A DNA stretch of 64,000 nt from contig CAVYGN010000001.1 of assembly GCA_963768055.1 (NCBI GenBank), positions 1,536,001 through 1,600,000 of the forward strand, given 5' to 3'. The notes beneath the pieces were generated by a model. The model saw only the letters and a list, made by a program, of their open reading frames with translations, searched no databases and had not been told where the DNA came from. The stretch's first letter is position 1. Each line of letters opens with the position of its first letter. Below are positions 39,860 through 49,325 of this stretch, piece after piece. The DNA comes from an uncultured Spirochaetota bacterium. Lineage in GTDB: Bacteria > Spirochaetota > Brevinematia > Brevinematales > JAOACQ01. A program made the translations under genes and the position numbers.

Positions 39860-39950
39860 GTCATTTCGAGGAGGGGGCTGTCAAGAGACAGCCCTACGAC
39901 GAGAAATCCTCTTCCTGAAGGCAGGAAAAACGCTACACTCGTAATGACAA
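39860..39950. repeat. REP-like palindromic element, copy C
   Basis: GTCATTTCGAGGAG...CGACGAGAAATC...CTCGTAATGAC with internal GGGCTGTC/GACAGCCC hairpin. Confidence 0.7.
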
Positions 39951-39998
39951 CTTGATTTTCAAGGAAAAAGTGTTTAATTTAACAAAAAGGAGCCTTAT

Positions 39999-42386
39999 AT
40001 GAGATTCTATATAATTTTTTCGATAATGCTAATTTTTTTCACCGGCTCAGCTTTTGCCTCCGATCCCCTTAACGATCCGAAATTCAGGGCAGACAATGAC
40101 GGAATCTGGCACCTCTGGGATAATCCTGCCGGGCTCGGCCTTTCTCCGTATATATTCGACGCAGGCGTGTCATATGCTCCCGGCATCCCTAACGCCTGGG
40201 ACATTACCGCCCAGATCCCGTATATCGATTACGGCGCGAGTTTCAGATACCCTGATGTGCTTCAGCAGACAGGATTATCATTCGGCCTTGACAACAGTTT
40301 TTCTTTAGGTTTCGATTACCGATGGTGGCAGCTCCAGACCGCTGCGGACTATTTCTCAATAGGTGTGATAAGCCGTCCCTATGATTTTTTATCTATCGGC
40401 CTTACTTACGATTTTTCAAACGCTCCGTCATTCGGCATGGGCCTGGGTCTAAGGCCGCTTTCATTTATAGAGGGCCTCGGCCAAATCCTTACCCTGACCG
40501 CGGATGCGCATACCGATTGGAAAGGCTTCGTGCTTGAAAGTATCGGTTTCCGCCTCGATTTTAACGATTCCTTGAATTTAAGGTCATGGTACGACTTTCA
40601 ATACGGCAGCATTGGCCTTGAAGTCACCATAGCACTTGGCCCCGGTGAAACGCGGGCGTCGATGCCTTCACTTCCCGACACATCCGACTGGAGGGTGGCT
40701 GAAAGCTTCGGAATATTAAAGGGAAATGCCCCGGCGCCGGCGATCGATATCGTCGGTTCTAAAATAATCGTTATAAAAGATATCGGCGAAATATTCCCGA
40801 CGCCTCAAACCAACTCTTTAATTTATACGTTATTGAATAACAGAAATACTTTCAATCTGCCGGAATTATTAAACATGATCCGCCGCGCAGGAAAAGACCC
40901 CTCTATCGCAGCCATAGCCTTCGAAAACCTTCCGTCCCTGGGATATTTTGCCTCGGTGCAGGAGACGGCAAAGGCGCTTGGCGATTTCAGGAAAACAGGG
41001 AAAAAGGTCTATTTTTATTCGGACGAGTATTTTTATTCCGGGCAATACCAGATTCTTTCATCCGAGGCCGACTTGATAGCTTTAAACCCTTCAGGATCGG
41101 TAAACCTCACCGGGATAAGCGCTCAGCGTCTATATTTTAAGGATTTCCTCGATAAACTCGGCATCCGTTTTATAAATCTGGCTCCCTGGGATACGAAGTC
41201 GGCAAATAATCCCTTTACCTATAACGAGATGCCGAAGGGTGAAAGGAATATGCTGAAAAGGTACCTTGGCGACATCGCCGATCAAACTCTAAAGAGTTTT
41301 ACCGCAGGAAGATCGGGCAAACTTAAGGCCGAACCGGCCGATGTGATAGCCTCCGGGCCATATCTTTCTTCGGGGAAAGCCCTCGACGCAGGGGTCGTCG
41401 ATTCCGTCATGTATAAAGACGAATTCGAGGAGTGGATAGTCAAGACGAATAATGGAGCCCGGATAATAACGGAGTATCCGGAACCAAAAGATCTCTCATG
41501 GGGCCGGTCGTCGGCGTCAAAAAAAGTGGCCGTTCTTTACCTGAACGGAGCCATAATTATGGGTTATGGAAACGCCGGCAGCAGCATAGGGACTTCCGCT
41601 GTTGACAAGATCAAGCGCCTCAGGGAAGACCCGGACATTACCGCTATTCTTATCAGAGTCAATTCTCCCGGCGGGGTAATAATTACCAGCGACGAGATAG
41701 CCCGCGAAGTAAAGAAAACGGTCACCGCAGGTAAACCGGTAGTTGTGTCGATGGGCGATGTGGCCGCTTCAGGGGGATATTATGTGTCATGTTACGCAGA
41801 CAGGATATTCGCCGAGCCCGGCACAATAACTGGTTCTATAGGGGTTACGGGCCTTATCCCCAACTTTTCCGGAACTCTCGGAAAACTGGGGATCCGTTCC
41901 GACGGGGTCGATCTTTCACGAAGTTCAGGATACCTTGACCCGGCAAGGGAATTTAAGGAAAGGGATATTTCAAATACCAGGGAAATGATAATTACCATGT
42001 ACGACCGCTTCGTTTCAGTCGTCGCGGAGAGCCGCAAGCTTACGCCCGGCAGGGTGAACGAAATCGGCGAGGGCCAGGTCTGGACCGGACGCGAAGCCCT
42101 TACGAACGGACTTATAGATGAAATCGGAAGCCTGGAGGACGCCGAAAACTACCTCAGGACCAGGCTGGGCGGCTGGGTCGAATTCGATGACGATATTCCC
42201 GGAAACCTGAATATGGATTACGGACTGCTTGAAAATCTTTTGAAATTGATTGCGTCATCGTCCGAACACGAGGATATCGATAATATAAGAACGGCTCTTA
42301 AACCCTACGTTAAAGCGGCGTCGGAAATCCTGAGCCTTGGATCGGGCCCGGTGCTATATTACGACTGGATGGGCGTCGGGGAATAG
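39999..42386 (+). CDS. sppA: Signal peptide peptidase SppA with extra N-terminal beta-rich domain
   Basis: RVNSPGG, SMGDVAASGGYY, TITGSIGV, GQVWTG; tandem S49 domains. Confidence 0.88.
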   Translation: MRFYIIFSIMLIFFTGSAFASDPLNDPKFRADNDGIWHLWDNPAGLGLSPYIFDAGVSYAPGIPNAWDITAQIPYIDYGASFRYPDVLQQTGLSFGLDNSFSLGFDYRWWQLQTAADYFSIGVISRPYDFLSIGLTYDFSNAPSFGMGLGLRPLSFIEGLGQILTLTADAHTDWKGFVLESIGFRLDFNDSLNLRSWYDFQYGSIGLEVTIALGPGETRASMPSLPDTSDWRVAESFGILKGNAPAPAIDIVGSKIIVIKDIGEIFPTPQTNSLIYTLLNNRNTFNLPELLNMIRRAGKDPSIAAIAFENLPSLGYFASVQETAKALGDFRKTGKKVYFYSDEYFYSGQYQILSSEADLIALNPSGSVNLTGISAQRLYFKDFLDKLGIRFINLAPWDTKSANNPFTYNEMPKGERNMLKRYLGDIADQTLKSFTAGRSGKLKAEPADVIASGPYLSSGKALDAGVVDSVMYKDEFEEWIVKTNNGARIITEYPEPKDLSWGRSSASKKVAVLYLNGAIIMGYGNAGSSIGTSAVDKIKRLREDPDITAILIRVNSPGGVIITSDEIAREVKKTVTAGKPVVVSMGDVAASGGYYVSCYADRIFAEPGTITGSIGVTGLIPNFSGTLGKLGIRSDGVDLSRSSGYLDPAREFKERDISNTREMIITMYDRFVSVVAESRKLTPGRVNEIGEGQVWTGREALTNGLIDEIGSLEDAENYLRTRLGGWVEFDDDIPGNLNMDYGLLENLLKLIASSSEHEDIDNIRTALKPYVKAASEILSLGSGPVLYYDWMGVGE

Positions 42387-42398
42387 TCCCGGCCCTAT

Positions 42399-42427
42399 TG
42401 GACAATTTTAAGCAGGCTTTATATAAT
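42399..42427 (+). promoter_or_regulatory. Sigma70-like promoter with no downstream sense gene
   Basis: TGGACA-17 bp-TATAAT; near-copy of 46502-46530. Confidence 0.5.
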
Positions 42428-42440
42428 AATTGCCGGGGGA

Positions 42441-42500
42441 AGATTTCTTCCTTACAGGATGAACCCCCCGTCTCTAAAGGGACGGGGCTCGAAATGACAA
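42441..42500 (-). repeat. REP-like element, copy D (half)
   Basis: Minus strand TTGTCATTTCGAG-hairpin-...GAAATCT. Confidence 0.6.
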
Positions 42501-42520
42501 CAAGATTTGTTTCCTGCGTC

Positions 42521-43384
42521 TTAACGGATGCCTCCCTTCCAGACTCCTGATTCCGCCAGTACTATTGTGGAGGAATCCGTGTACTGGTTCTTGACCGTCA
42601 CTCCCGTCGCCGTGTCCACCCACATAATAAAGTGATCGGTATAACCCTTCATCAGGTTTCCCAGGAAATTGTCGGCTATCATAAAATTTACTTTTACGGC
42701 TTTAAATTTACCGGCGGGTGTTGTTATCTCTTCCTTTCCTACAACTCTGAAATATCCGGGCAGGGATAAATTAAGAAATCCCGGGGCCGTTAAATATATT
42801 ATTCCGGGTTTTTCAGGGTCTAACAGCCTTAAAATCGCGGGGTAAATTTCAAGACCGCAAAAATAGCTGTAGCCGGCTTTAATAGGCAGCCTCGATTTTT
42901 GACTTTTTATCTCTTTTCCGTCCCATGACATGATCCTTGAATCCGCTTCCAGATTCCTGTAGTCGAAGGTGGTTTCAATGTAAAAAATACCGTGAGTTTT
43001 TCCGGAAAATATTGTATTCGACCAGTTCTCTGTAAAATGGAGCATTGTGCCCTTTTCGAGGTCAAAACTAAATCTGTCGCTGAAATAGACGGATTTCAAT
43101 GTAATTTCGGAAAATTTGTTAGAACAGGTTCCGACATATAAATCCATCGTATTGCCGCCTCTGTTCAGTTTGTAAACAAAGTAGGCATATCCGGTTATTT
43201 CCCCTCCGTTTATAACTGCGTATTTCTGGTATTCCATTTGGGTAATTTTAGGTTTTTTTACGGCCGCGGGCTGAAGTTTCACATAACTTCCCATTGCTCT
43301 TATTGACGCGGCCGGGATTATTACAATAAGAGACACAGTAATATAAATGCAAAGTCTTGAAAACACTGGAGTTTTTTTACTCAT
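42521..43384 (-). CDS. Exported protein, DUF3108-like C-terminus
   Basis: N-terminal hydrophobic segment; GKEEITTPAGKFKAVKV motif. Confidence 0.55.
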   Translation of the reverse strand: MSKKTPVFSRLCIYITVSLIVIIPAASIRAMGSYVKLQPAAVKKPKITQMEYQKYAVINGGEITGYAYFVYKLNRGGNTMDLYVGTCSNKFSEITLKSVYFSDRFSFDLEKGTMLHFTENWSNTIFSGKTHGIFYIETTFDYRNLEADSRIMSWDGKEIKSQKSRLPIKAGYSYFCGLEIYPAILRLLDPEKPGIIYLTAPGFLNLSLPGYFRVVGKEEITTPAGKFKAVKVNFMIADNFLGNLMKGYTDHFIMWVDTATGVTVKNQYTDSSTIVLAESGVWKGGIR

Positions 43385-43385
43385 T

Positions 43386-44330
43386 CGGAATTTCCCATTT
43401 AGCATCTTTGGACTCCAAAAATCCAGTTCCCAATGCTTTCTACCAATATTTTATCAACCTTATCAGGACATTTCAACATAAATTTCATATCTTTCCAGTC
43501 TAAGACGGACTGATAAACCTTCAAATTCATTCTTTTCATAAAATACGACAACAGGCACCCCTTGTTTTTTTCATTACAGTCAATCCTTACACTCTTTCCA
43601 AAGTCATAGATCGGAATCGTTCTATCCTTTCAAGTATTGCTTCAAACAGTTCCTTTGGAACAGCAACTTCAGCCATCTGAAATATCGTATTCCGGGCATG
43701 GCTTACTACCTTCGCCCCGATCTTGATCAGCTTTTCACGGAGAGTTGTCAATGACCAGTGCCGAATAGCCCGCGGTAGGGCGACCCTGCGAAGGAAGTTC
43801 CCAAGGTTATATGCAAGAGCGAACAATTGTAGTCTTACCTGATTGTCAGCAAAATTGTGGCATGACAGCCTTGTCCATTTGATAGCGTTCTTTCCTTCCT
43901 TGATCCACTGCTCCGCTGTTCCTCTCATGTTATAGAACCTGACAACCTTCTTCGGCTGCCATCGAAGATTTGTTACGATGAATCCGACGCGAGGAAACAA
44001 TTCTCCACGATGCCACTCAACCTTCGCTATTACACGGCATCCATGTTCCCAGCTTACCGCCTTGTAGAAGAAATCATGGTACAACACAACAGGAGCGAAG
44101 GACGGCCTTCCGACCGGGCGTTTAAGAAGATGCGCAATATTCTGCTGCAGAATATCGTTGGCGGGAAGCCGGATGGCATAAAAGAAATTCTCCGATTCAA
44201 GGTATTCGTAAATGTCCGGATTCGCGAAAGCGGCATCACCTCGGAAGTAGCAATCCAGATTCTGATTCCTATATCTTTCTACAATAGGTTTAAGCATTGT
44301 TTTCCAGTCATGAGCGCTATGGACGTTTCC
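43386..44330 (-). mobile_element. 5'-truncated IS1380-family element (transposase remnant 43587-44330)
   Basis: GNVHSA, FRGDAAF, GELFPRVGFIVTNL, FYNMRGTAEQWIKEGK, LREKLIKIGA; probable end CTAAATGGGAAATTCCG. Confidence 0.85.
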
Positions 44331-44334
44331 TTAG

Positions 44335-44541
44335 TCAAAGGGCCAAATAACCATACCAAGGAATTTACGGGAAAAATTTAATATCAGGCAGGATACTACG
44401 CTTGAAATAGAGGATGAAAACGGAAAAATCGTGATTAAAAAAAGCAATAAACAAAATAAAAAAAATATTTTCGAGAAATTTCGGGGAATAGCCACCGTAA
44501 AAATGACTACCGATGAAATCATGAAATTAACAAGAGGTTGA
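44335..44541 (+). pseudogene. AbrB/MazE-type antitoxin lacking its start codon
   Basis: Frame reads SKGQITIPRNLREKFNI...KFRGIATVKMTTDEIMKLTRG*, with an in-frame TAG immediately upstream. Confidence 0.8.
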
Positions 44542-44948
44542 GGGTGAAGGCATTGGTAGATTCAAATATTATTCTCGATATCTTTGAAAACGACAACCGA
44601 TGGTATAATTGGTCTTCAAGCATCCTCGACAAGTACTCTGAAGATTATCAATTATTCATCAATCCGGTCATTTATACTGAAATTTCGATCGGCTTCGACG
44701 GCATCGAACTTCTGGAATCAAGTATTATAAAATGCGGTTTCAAATTTGCCGAAATTCCGAGAGAAGCGCTCTTTCTTGCAGAAAAAGCGTTTATAAAATA
44801 CAGAAAAGAAAAGGGTAATAAAACTATGCCGCTGCCTGATTTCTATATTGGCGCGCATGCAGCTGTGGCCGGAATGGTATTGATTACCAGAGATGTGCGG
44901 CGAGTTCGCCATTATTTTCCAACTGTAAAAATTGTAAGTCCGGAATAG
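44538..44948 (+). CDS. vapC: PIN-domain toxin VapC
   Basis: LVDSNIILD, IYTEIS, PLPDFYIGAHA, LITRD. Confidence 0.9.
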   Translation: MRVKALVDSNIILDIFENDNRWYNWSSSILDKYSEDYQLFINPVIYTEISIGFDGIELLESSIIKCGFKFAEIPREALFLAEKAFIKYRKEKGNKTMPLPDFYIGAHAAVAGMVLITRDVRRVRHYFPTVKIVSPE

Positions 44949-44986
44949 TATGCAATTTAATAATAACGAAAAAGAGAGGGTATTCT

Positions 44987-45170
44987 GTGCTTAGTAAAAC
45001 CGCCGAAATCTTTTATAAATGCGACAATTACTATAATCCGTCTCATAAGGCGGGGATTAATTATATGGACCCTGAACTGAATATCGATTGGAAAATCAAT
45101 ACGGGTGAAATAGTTATTTCGAAAAAAGATTCGAACCTTCCTCTATTTAAGTATGCCGCCAATAATTTAT
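44987..45170 (+). pseudogene. rmlC: C-terminal fragment of dTDP-4-dehydrorhamnose 3,5-epimerase
   Basis: LSKTAEIFYKCDNYYNP..GI.Y.DPELNIDW....ISKKD; N-terminal two-thirds absent. Confidence 0.75.
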
Positions 45171-45207
45171 TTTCGGAGAGGAACAATGAAATCAGCACCT
45201 TTAAATA

Positions 45208-46425
45208 TTATATTTTTTCTAAAATTAATTTTATAGTATTTACTACGTATTCGGCTTCATTATCAGTCATCTTAGAGTAAATAGGAAGGCTGATCTCATT
45301 TTCATACATTCGATATGTATTTGGATAATTATTAATGCTATAACCAAGTTTTTTGTAATACGGATGCATTACCACCGGGATAAAATGGACATTGGATGAT
45401 ATCCCTTTTTCCGCCAGCCGGTTTATCAATTCGGACCTGGATTTTTCATTAAAGTTTTTTATCCTCAAGGGATATAAATGATTATTGCCTTTTTTATTAT
45501 TACCCCTGAAAGGGGGAATTATAAATCTGTCATCTTTACAAAAACTTTTGTCATATATAGCGGCCACTTTATTTCTCGCAGGCTGCATTTCTGTTTCAAA
45601 TCTTTTAAGCTGAACCAGCCCGATCGATGCGGCAATGTCAGTCATATTGCATTTATAGCCGGGTAATTCAATCGAATAATGCCAACTACCAGCTTTCATC
45701 TTATCAAGCGCGTCTTTGCTCTGCCCATGCAGCGATAATAACTGCAGCTGCCGATAGATATTCCCGGCTTCCGATATATTTGAAGAATTGAAAGCGACAG
45801 CGCCCCCTTCGGCGGTTGTAAGGTTTTTAACTGCATGGAAGGAAAAAACAGAGAAATCCGCTGCTGAACCGACTTTCTTGCCGTTATATTCCGAACCGAA
45901 CGAATGAGCCGCATCGGCTAATACTAAGGGACAATACAATCTTTCTTGAAGTGTCCCCTTTTTGGGCTTGAATTTTTTTTTTGAATCTATCAGGACCTGC
46001 CTGATCGATTCATAATCGCAGGGCCAGCCGCCGAAATCTACAGGCATGACAGCCTTTGTCCTGGAGGTAATCGCTTTTGAAACAGCTTCCGGGTTGATAT
46101 TAAAATCGTCCTTTTTTATATCGACAAAAACCGGTTTTGCTCCGCAATGAAGTATGACATTTGAAGTAGCCGCATAAGTATAAGGGGTTGTGATCACTTC
46201 ATCGCCGGGTCCTATATCCATCAACCTTAGAATGAGTTCCATTCCGGCCGTTGCAGAATTCAGGCATATTGCTTTTTCCGTTCCGCAATACTCCGATATT
46301 TCCTTTTCAAACCGTTTTGTTTTCGGCCCCGTGGTTATCCACCCCGATTTCAGGGTGTCGGCGACTTCGTCTATTTCCGCCCGGGTTATATCGGGAGGTG
46401 AAAATGGGATTTTAATTCCTTCCAT
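45208..46425 (-). CDS. DegT/DnrJ/EryC1/StrS sugar aminotransferase
   Basis: GWITTGP, DAAHSFG, FSFHAVKNLTTAEGG, GYKCNMTD. Confidence 0.92.
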   Translation of the reverse strand: MEGIKIPFSPPDITRAEIDEVADTLKSGWITTGPKTKRFEKEISEYCGTEKAICLNSATAGMELILRLMDIGPGDEVITTPYTYAATSNVILHCGAKPVFVDIKKDDFNINPEAVSKAITSRTKAVMPVDFGGWPCDYESIRQVLIDSKKKFKPKKGTLQERLYCPLVLADAAHSFGSEYNGKKVGSAADFSVFSFHAVKNLTTAEGGAVAFNSSNISEAGNIYRQLQLLSLHGQSKDALDKMKAGSWHYSIELPGYKCNMTDIAASIGLVQLKRFETEMQPARNKVAAIYDKSFCKDDRFIIPPFRGNNKKGNNHLYPLRIKNFNEKSRSELINRLAEKGISSNVHFIPVVMHPYYKKLGYSINNYPNTYRMYENEISLPIYSKMTDNEAEYVVNTIKLILEKI

Positions 46426-46501
46426 TTATATATCTCCGGTTTTTTATCTTTAACCTGTCATATTTATCGGCAGGATAGTAATCAAAGTTCTTCCCGCCCT
46501 A

Positions 46502-46530
46502 TGGACAATTTCAACCAAGTTTTATATAAT
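46502..46530 (+). promoter_or_regulatory. Sigma70-like promoter for the MNT-HEPN pair
   Basis: TGGACA-17 bp-TATAAT. Confidence 0.5.
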
Positions 46531-46539
46531 ATGTGAAAC

Positions 46540-46847
46540 TTGAAATTAGGTTTTAAAATACGATTATCTCCCTATGAAATAAGGATAATCCAGGAAGCGA
46601 TTTTAAAGCATGATCCCAAAGCTAAAATTTTCCTTTTCGGATCAAGGGCGGATGACAATAAAAAAGGCGGCGACATCGACCTTCTCATATTTTCGAAATT
46701 TTTAAATACACCGATAGACTGAAAATAAAAGCTGAGATCTATGATAAAATTGACTGGCAGAAGATAGACCTTGTTGTAACATCAGACGGCCTGGAAACTT
46801 TTGTTAAAATGATATTAAAAGAGAGCGTACCACTATGGCCCCAATAA
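46540..46847 (+). pseudogene. Minimal nucleotidyltransferase (MNT) split by a -1 frameshift near 46703
   Basis: LFGSRADDNKKGGDIDLLI, then the -1 frame continues KYTDRLKIK...QKIDLVV...KESVPL. Confidence 0.75.
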
Positions 46848-47056
46848 AATCGGAATTTTTAAAGGAAGAACTGGAAATTTTGGACGGGTCTGTTAAAACA
46901 CTTGAATATTCCTATCAAATATGTAACAGCATCGGGATAAAAAATGAATTTATACAGGACAACCAATCGTTATCGGATTTCGGAGTTATAGGGGGGCCCC
47001 TTTACCAGCTGACGATTAGATCAATAAAAAAAGGGCCTTTCACAGATTGCGATTAG
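46835..47056 (+). pseudogene. Probable truncated HEPN-like partner of the MNT
   Basis: Overlaps the MNT end; helical N-terminus LKEELEIL...LEYSY.IC..IG.K; no RxxxxH motif seen. Confidence 0.4.
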
Positions 47057-47069
47057 AACAGGCGGTGTA

Positions 47070-47891
47070 TTATGATCTTATAAAATCATCGAATCTTGAT
47101 TTATTGCCTGTACCGAAAAGTAAAAAGCTTTTCGGGCTTTCAAATAAGTATTCGGATGTGTGAGGGTAAGGGAAGTGGTTTTTTACAAGGTCTTTACGGA
47201 CAAAAAAAGCGTCATCACCGGTAATGTTGCATGCGACAAGATCATATCCCTTCTTTTGAGCTAATAATTCCAGCGACTTCAAACTTGCCCCGTAATAATT
47301 TGATTTATCCCAAATATGCTTTGGATTGTAATTCATAATCCATTTATTTTCAGCATTAAAAGTAGAATTATATTCAATACCGACAACCTTCGGATTGTAA
47401 TTTTTAATAGCTTCCCAGACATAGTAATCATTACCGTCTATATCGATTAAGAGCAAATCTAAATCTCGCGGTACATTTAATTCCTTAAATAATAATTCGA
47501 TATTATCTTTTGTTATAAAAGCGTTTTTTATTTTCAGCATTCCGTTCTGGATCAAGCAGTTATGAGTTTTATTAATTTTTTTTATATTTTTTATACTGCC
47601 GTCCATCCAATAGCCTTTCCATCCATTTATCAATAAATTCAAACTATTATTTTCCACGCCCTTCTCGACCCCAAAATCGACCAAACAACCCTTCTCAATA
47701 CCCAACCTTTTAAATATTTCATTTAATATGCCATCCTGATCGAATTGAGAATATACTTTGTAGCCGTATTTAATCAGGCTTTTATCCTTGTCATATTTTG
47801 AGCTTTTTAATAAATCATTATAGACATAAAGAGAAAACAAATATGGAAACCTGAAGACATTCCTCAAAAAGGTCCTGAAGAATTCCAGCAT
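47070..47891 (-). CDS. Putative methyltransferase-fold protein (FkbM-related)
   Basis: YSQFDQDGI, DLLLIDIDGNDY, IEYNS, GASLKSL. Confidence 0.65.
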   Translation of the reverse strand: MLEFFRTFLRNVFRFPYLFSLYVYNDLLKSSKYDKDKSLIKYGYKVYSQFDQDGILNEIFKRLGIEKGCLVDFGVEKGVENNSLNLLINGWKGYWMDGSIKNIKKINKTHNCLIQNGMLKIKNAFITKDNIELLFKELNVPRDLDLLLIDIDGNDYYVWEAIKNYNPKVVGIEYNSTFNAENKWIMNYNPKHIWDKSNYYGASLKSLELLAQKKGYDLVACNITGDDAFFVRKDLVKNHFPYPHTSEYLFESPKSFLLFGTGNKSRFDDFIRS

Positions 47892-48055
47892 ATTAATCCC
47901 CGTCTTAAGATTAGCGGATATTTTACCTAAATTAGAGGTTTAAGTCAAAAATATGAATAACAGTATTTTAAAAATTGAGACTTTCAATTATTTGAATTAT
48001 AATAAAATGTATCAATATTAGCACAATACAGTCGAAGTTCGCCGGGAACGAAATA

Positions 48056-49309
48056 ATGGCAATAAAAAAAATAAACAATATATTATTAAAACAGAAATCT
48101 ATCTGCATTCTAACTACTTCTTATCCAAAATGGAATGAAAAAAGCAATGAACTGGTCTTTGGTAAATTTGTCCATGATATGGCCAGATATCTTGTTAAAT
48201 ATGGCTTTGATGTCCATGTAGTTACGCATCATGGGGATTATACTCCGGCAGTAAGCCTGCATGACGGCGTGAATATACACAGGTTCCACTATTTCCCTTT
48301 CAAATTCGAAACATTGACCAGGGGTTCGGGGATCCCTGAAAATATTAAAAAAATAAAAAATATGATACAGATCCCTTTTTATTTCTTAGCCCTTTTTTTT
48401 ACCGCGTTAAAAGTTATCAAAAGATATAGAGTCGATTTTATCAATGCTCATTGGGCTTTCCCTACAGGCTTTATAGGTTTATTCTTGCGATCAGCGACAG
48501 GAAAAAAATTGATTACAACCATTTATGGCGCCGAGATATTTCCCGTTCTATCGGGAAAAATGAAATATATAAAACCGTTTTTAAAAATGTCTTTAAAAGG
48601 GGCGGATCTGGTAGCCGGAATAAGCCGGGAAACTGTTTCCGCCGCTAAAAATATTTATAACCGGGAAATTCATATAATCCCCGATGGAATAGATATGACT
48701 TATTACAGTCCCGGGCTGCATGATGAAAGTATCCTGGAAAAATTCCGTGCAAAAAATAAAAAAGTGTTATTTTTCACAGGAAGGATGGTGGAAAGAAAGG
48801 GCCACAGGTATTTGCTGGAATCGATAAAATATATAAAATTAAAATATCCCGATATAAAGTTGATCCTTGGCGGACAGGGACCATTATTTGACGAGTTAAA
48901 TAAATTTCGTATTGAAATGGGATTGGAAGATCATATTGAAATGCCTGGATTCTTGCCGGAAGAAGAAATTGTCCCATTGTTACGGTCAATATTCCTTTAT
49001 ATTCTGCCTTCCTGCATTGATAAGAATGGCGATACTGAAGGCTCCGCGACAGCTGCGTTCGAAGCTATGGCCTGCGGAACTCCGGCTATCATCAGCAAAG
49101 TCGGTGGCAACATTAATTCAATAATAGACGGCCAGGGGGCTTATTATTTTGAACCGGGTAATTCCGTCGACCTGGCGGAAAAAATCCAGTATCTATTAAG
49201 TAATGGAGAAATTTACCAAACAAACCGGCTCCTCGCACGGAAATATATACAGGAAAATTATTCCTGGGAAAAATCTATTGAAAAATACAAAAAGTTAATG
49301 GAACTATAA
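48056..49309 (+). CDS. Glycosyltransferase family 4
   Basis: AHWAFPTG, GRMVERKG, EGSATAAFEAMACGTP. Confidence 0.92.
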   Translation: MAIKKINNILLKQKSICILTTSYPKWNEKSNELVFGKFVHDMARYLVKYGFDVHVVTHHGDYTPAVSLHDGVNIHRFHYFPFKFETLTRGSGIPENIKKIKNMIQIPFYFLALFFTALKVIKRYRVDFINAHWAFPTGFIGLFLRSATGKKLITTIYGAEIFPVLSGKMKYIKPFLKMSLKGADLVAGISRETVSAAKNIYNREIHIIPDGIDMTYYSPGLHDESILEKFRAKNKKVLFFTGRMVERKGHRYLLESIKYIKLKYPDIKLILGGQGPLFDELNKFRIEMGLEDHIEMPGFLPEEEIVPLLRSIFLYILPSCIDKNGDTEGSATAAFEAMACGTPAIISKVGGNINSIIDGQGAYYFEPGNSVDLAEKIQYLLSNGEIYQTNRLLARKYIQENYSWEKSIEKYKKLMEL

Positions 49310-49325
49310 TAAATTTGGAGAAAAT

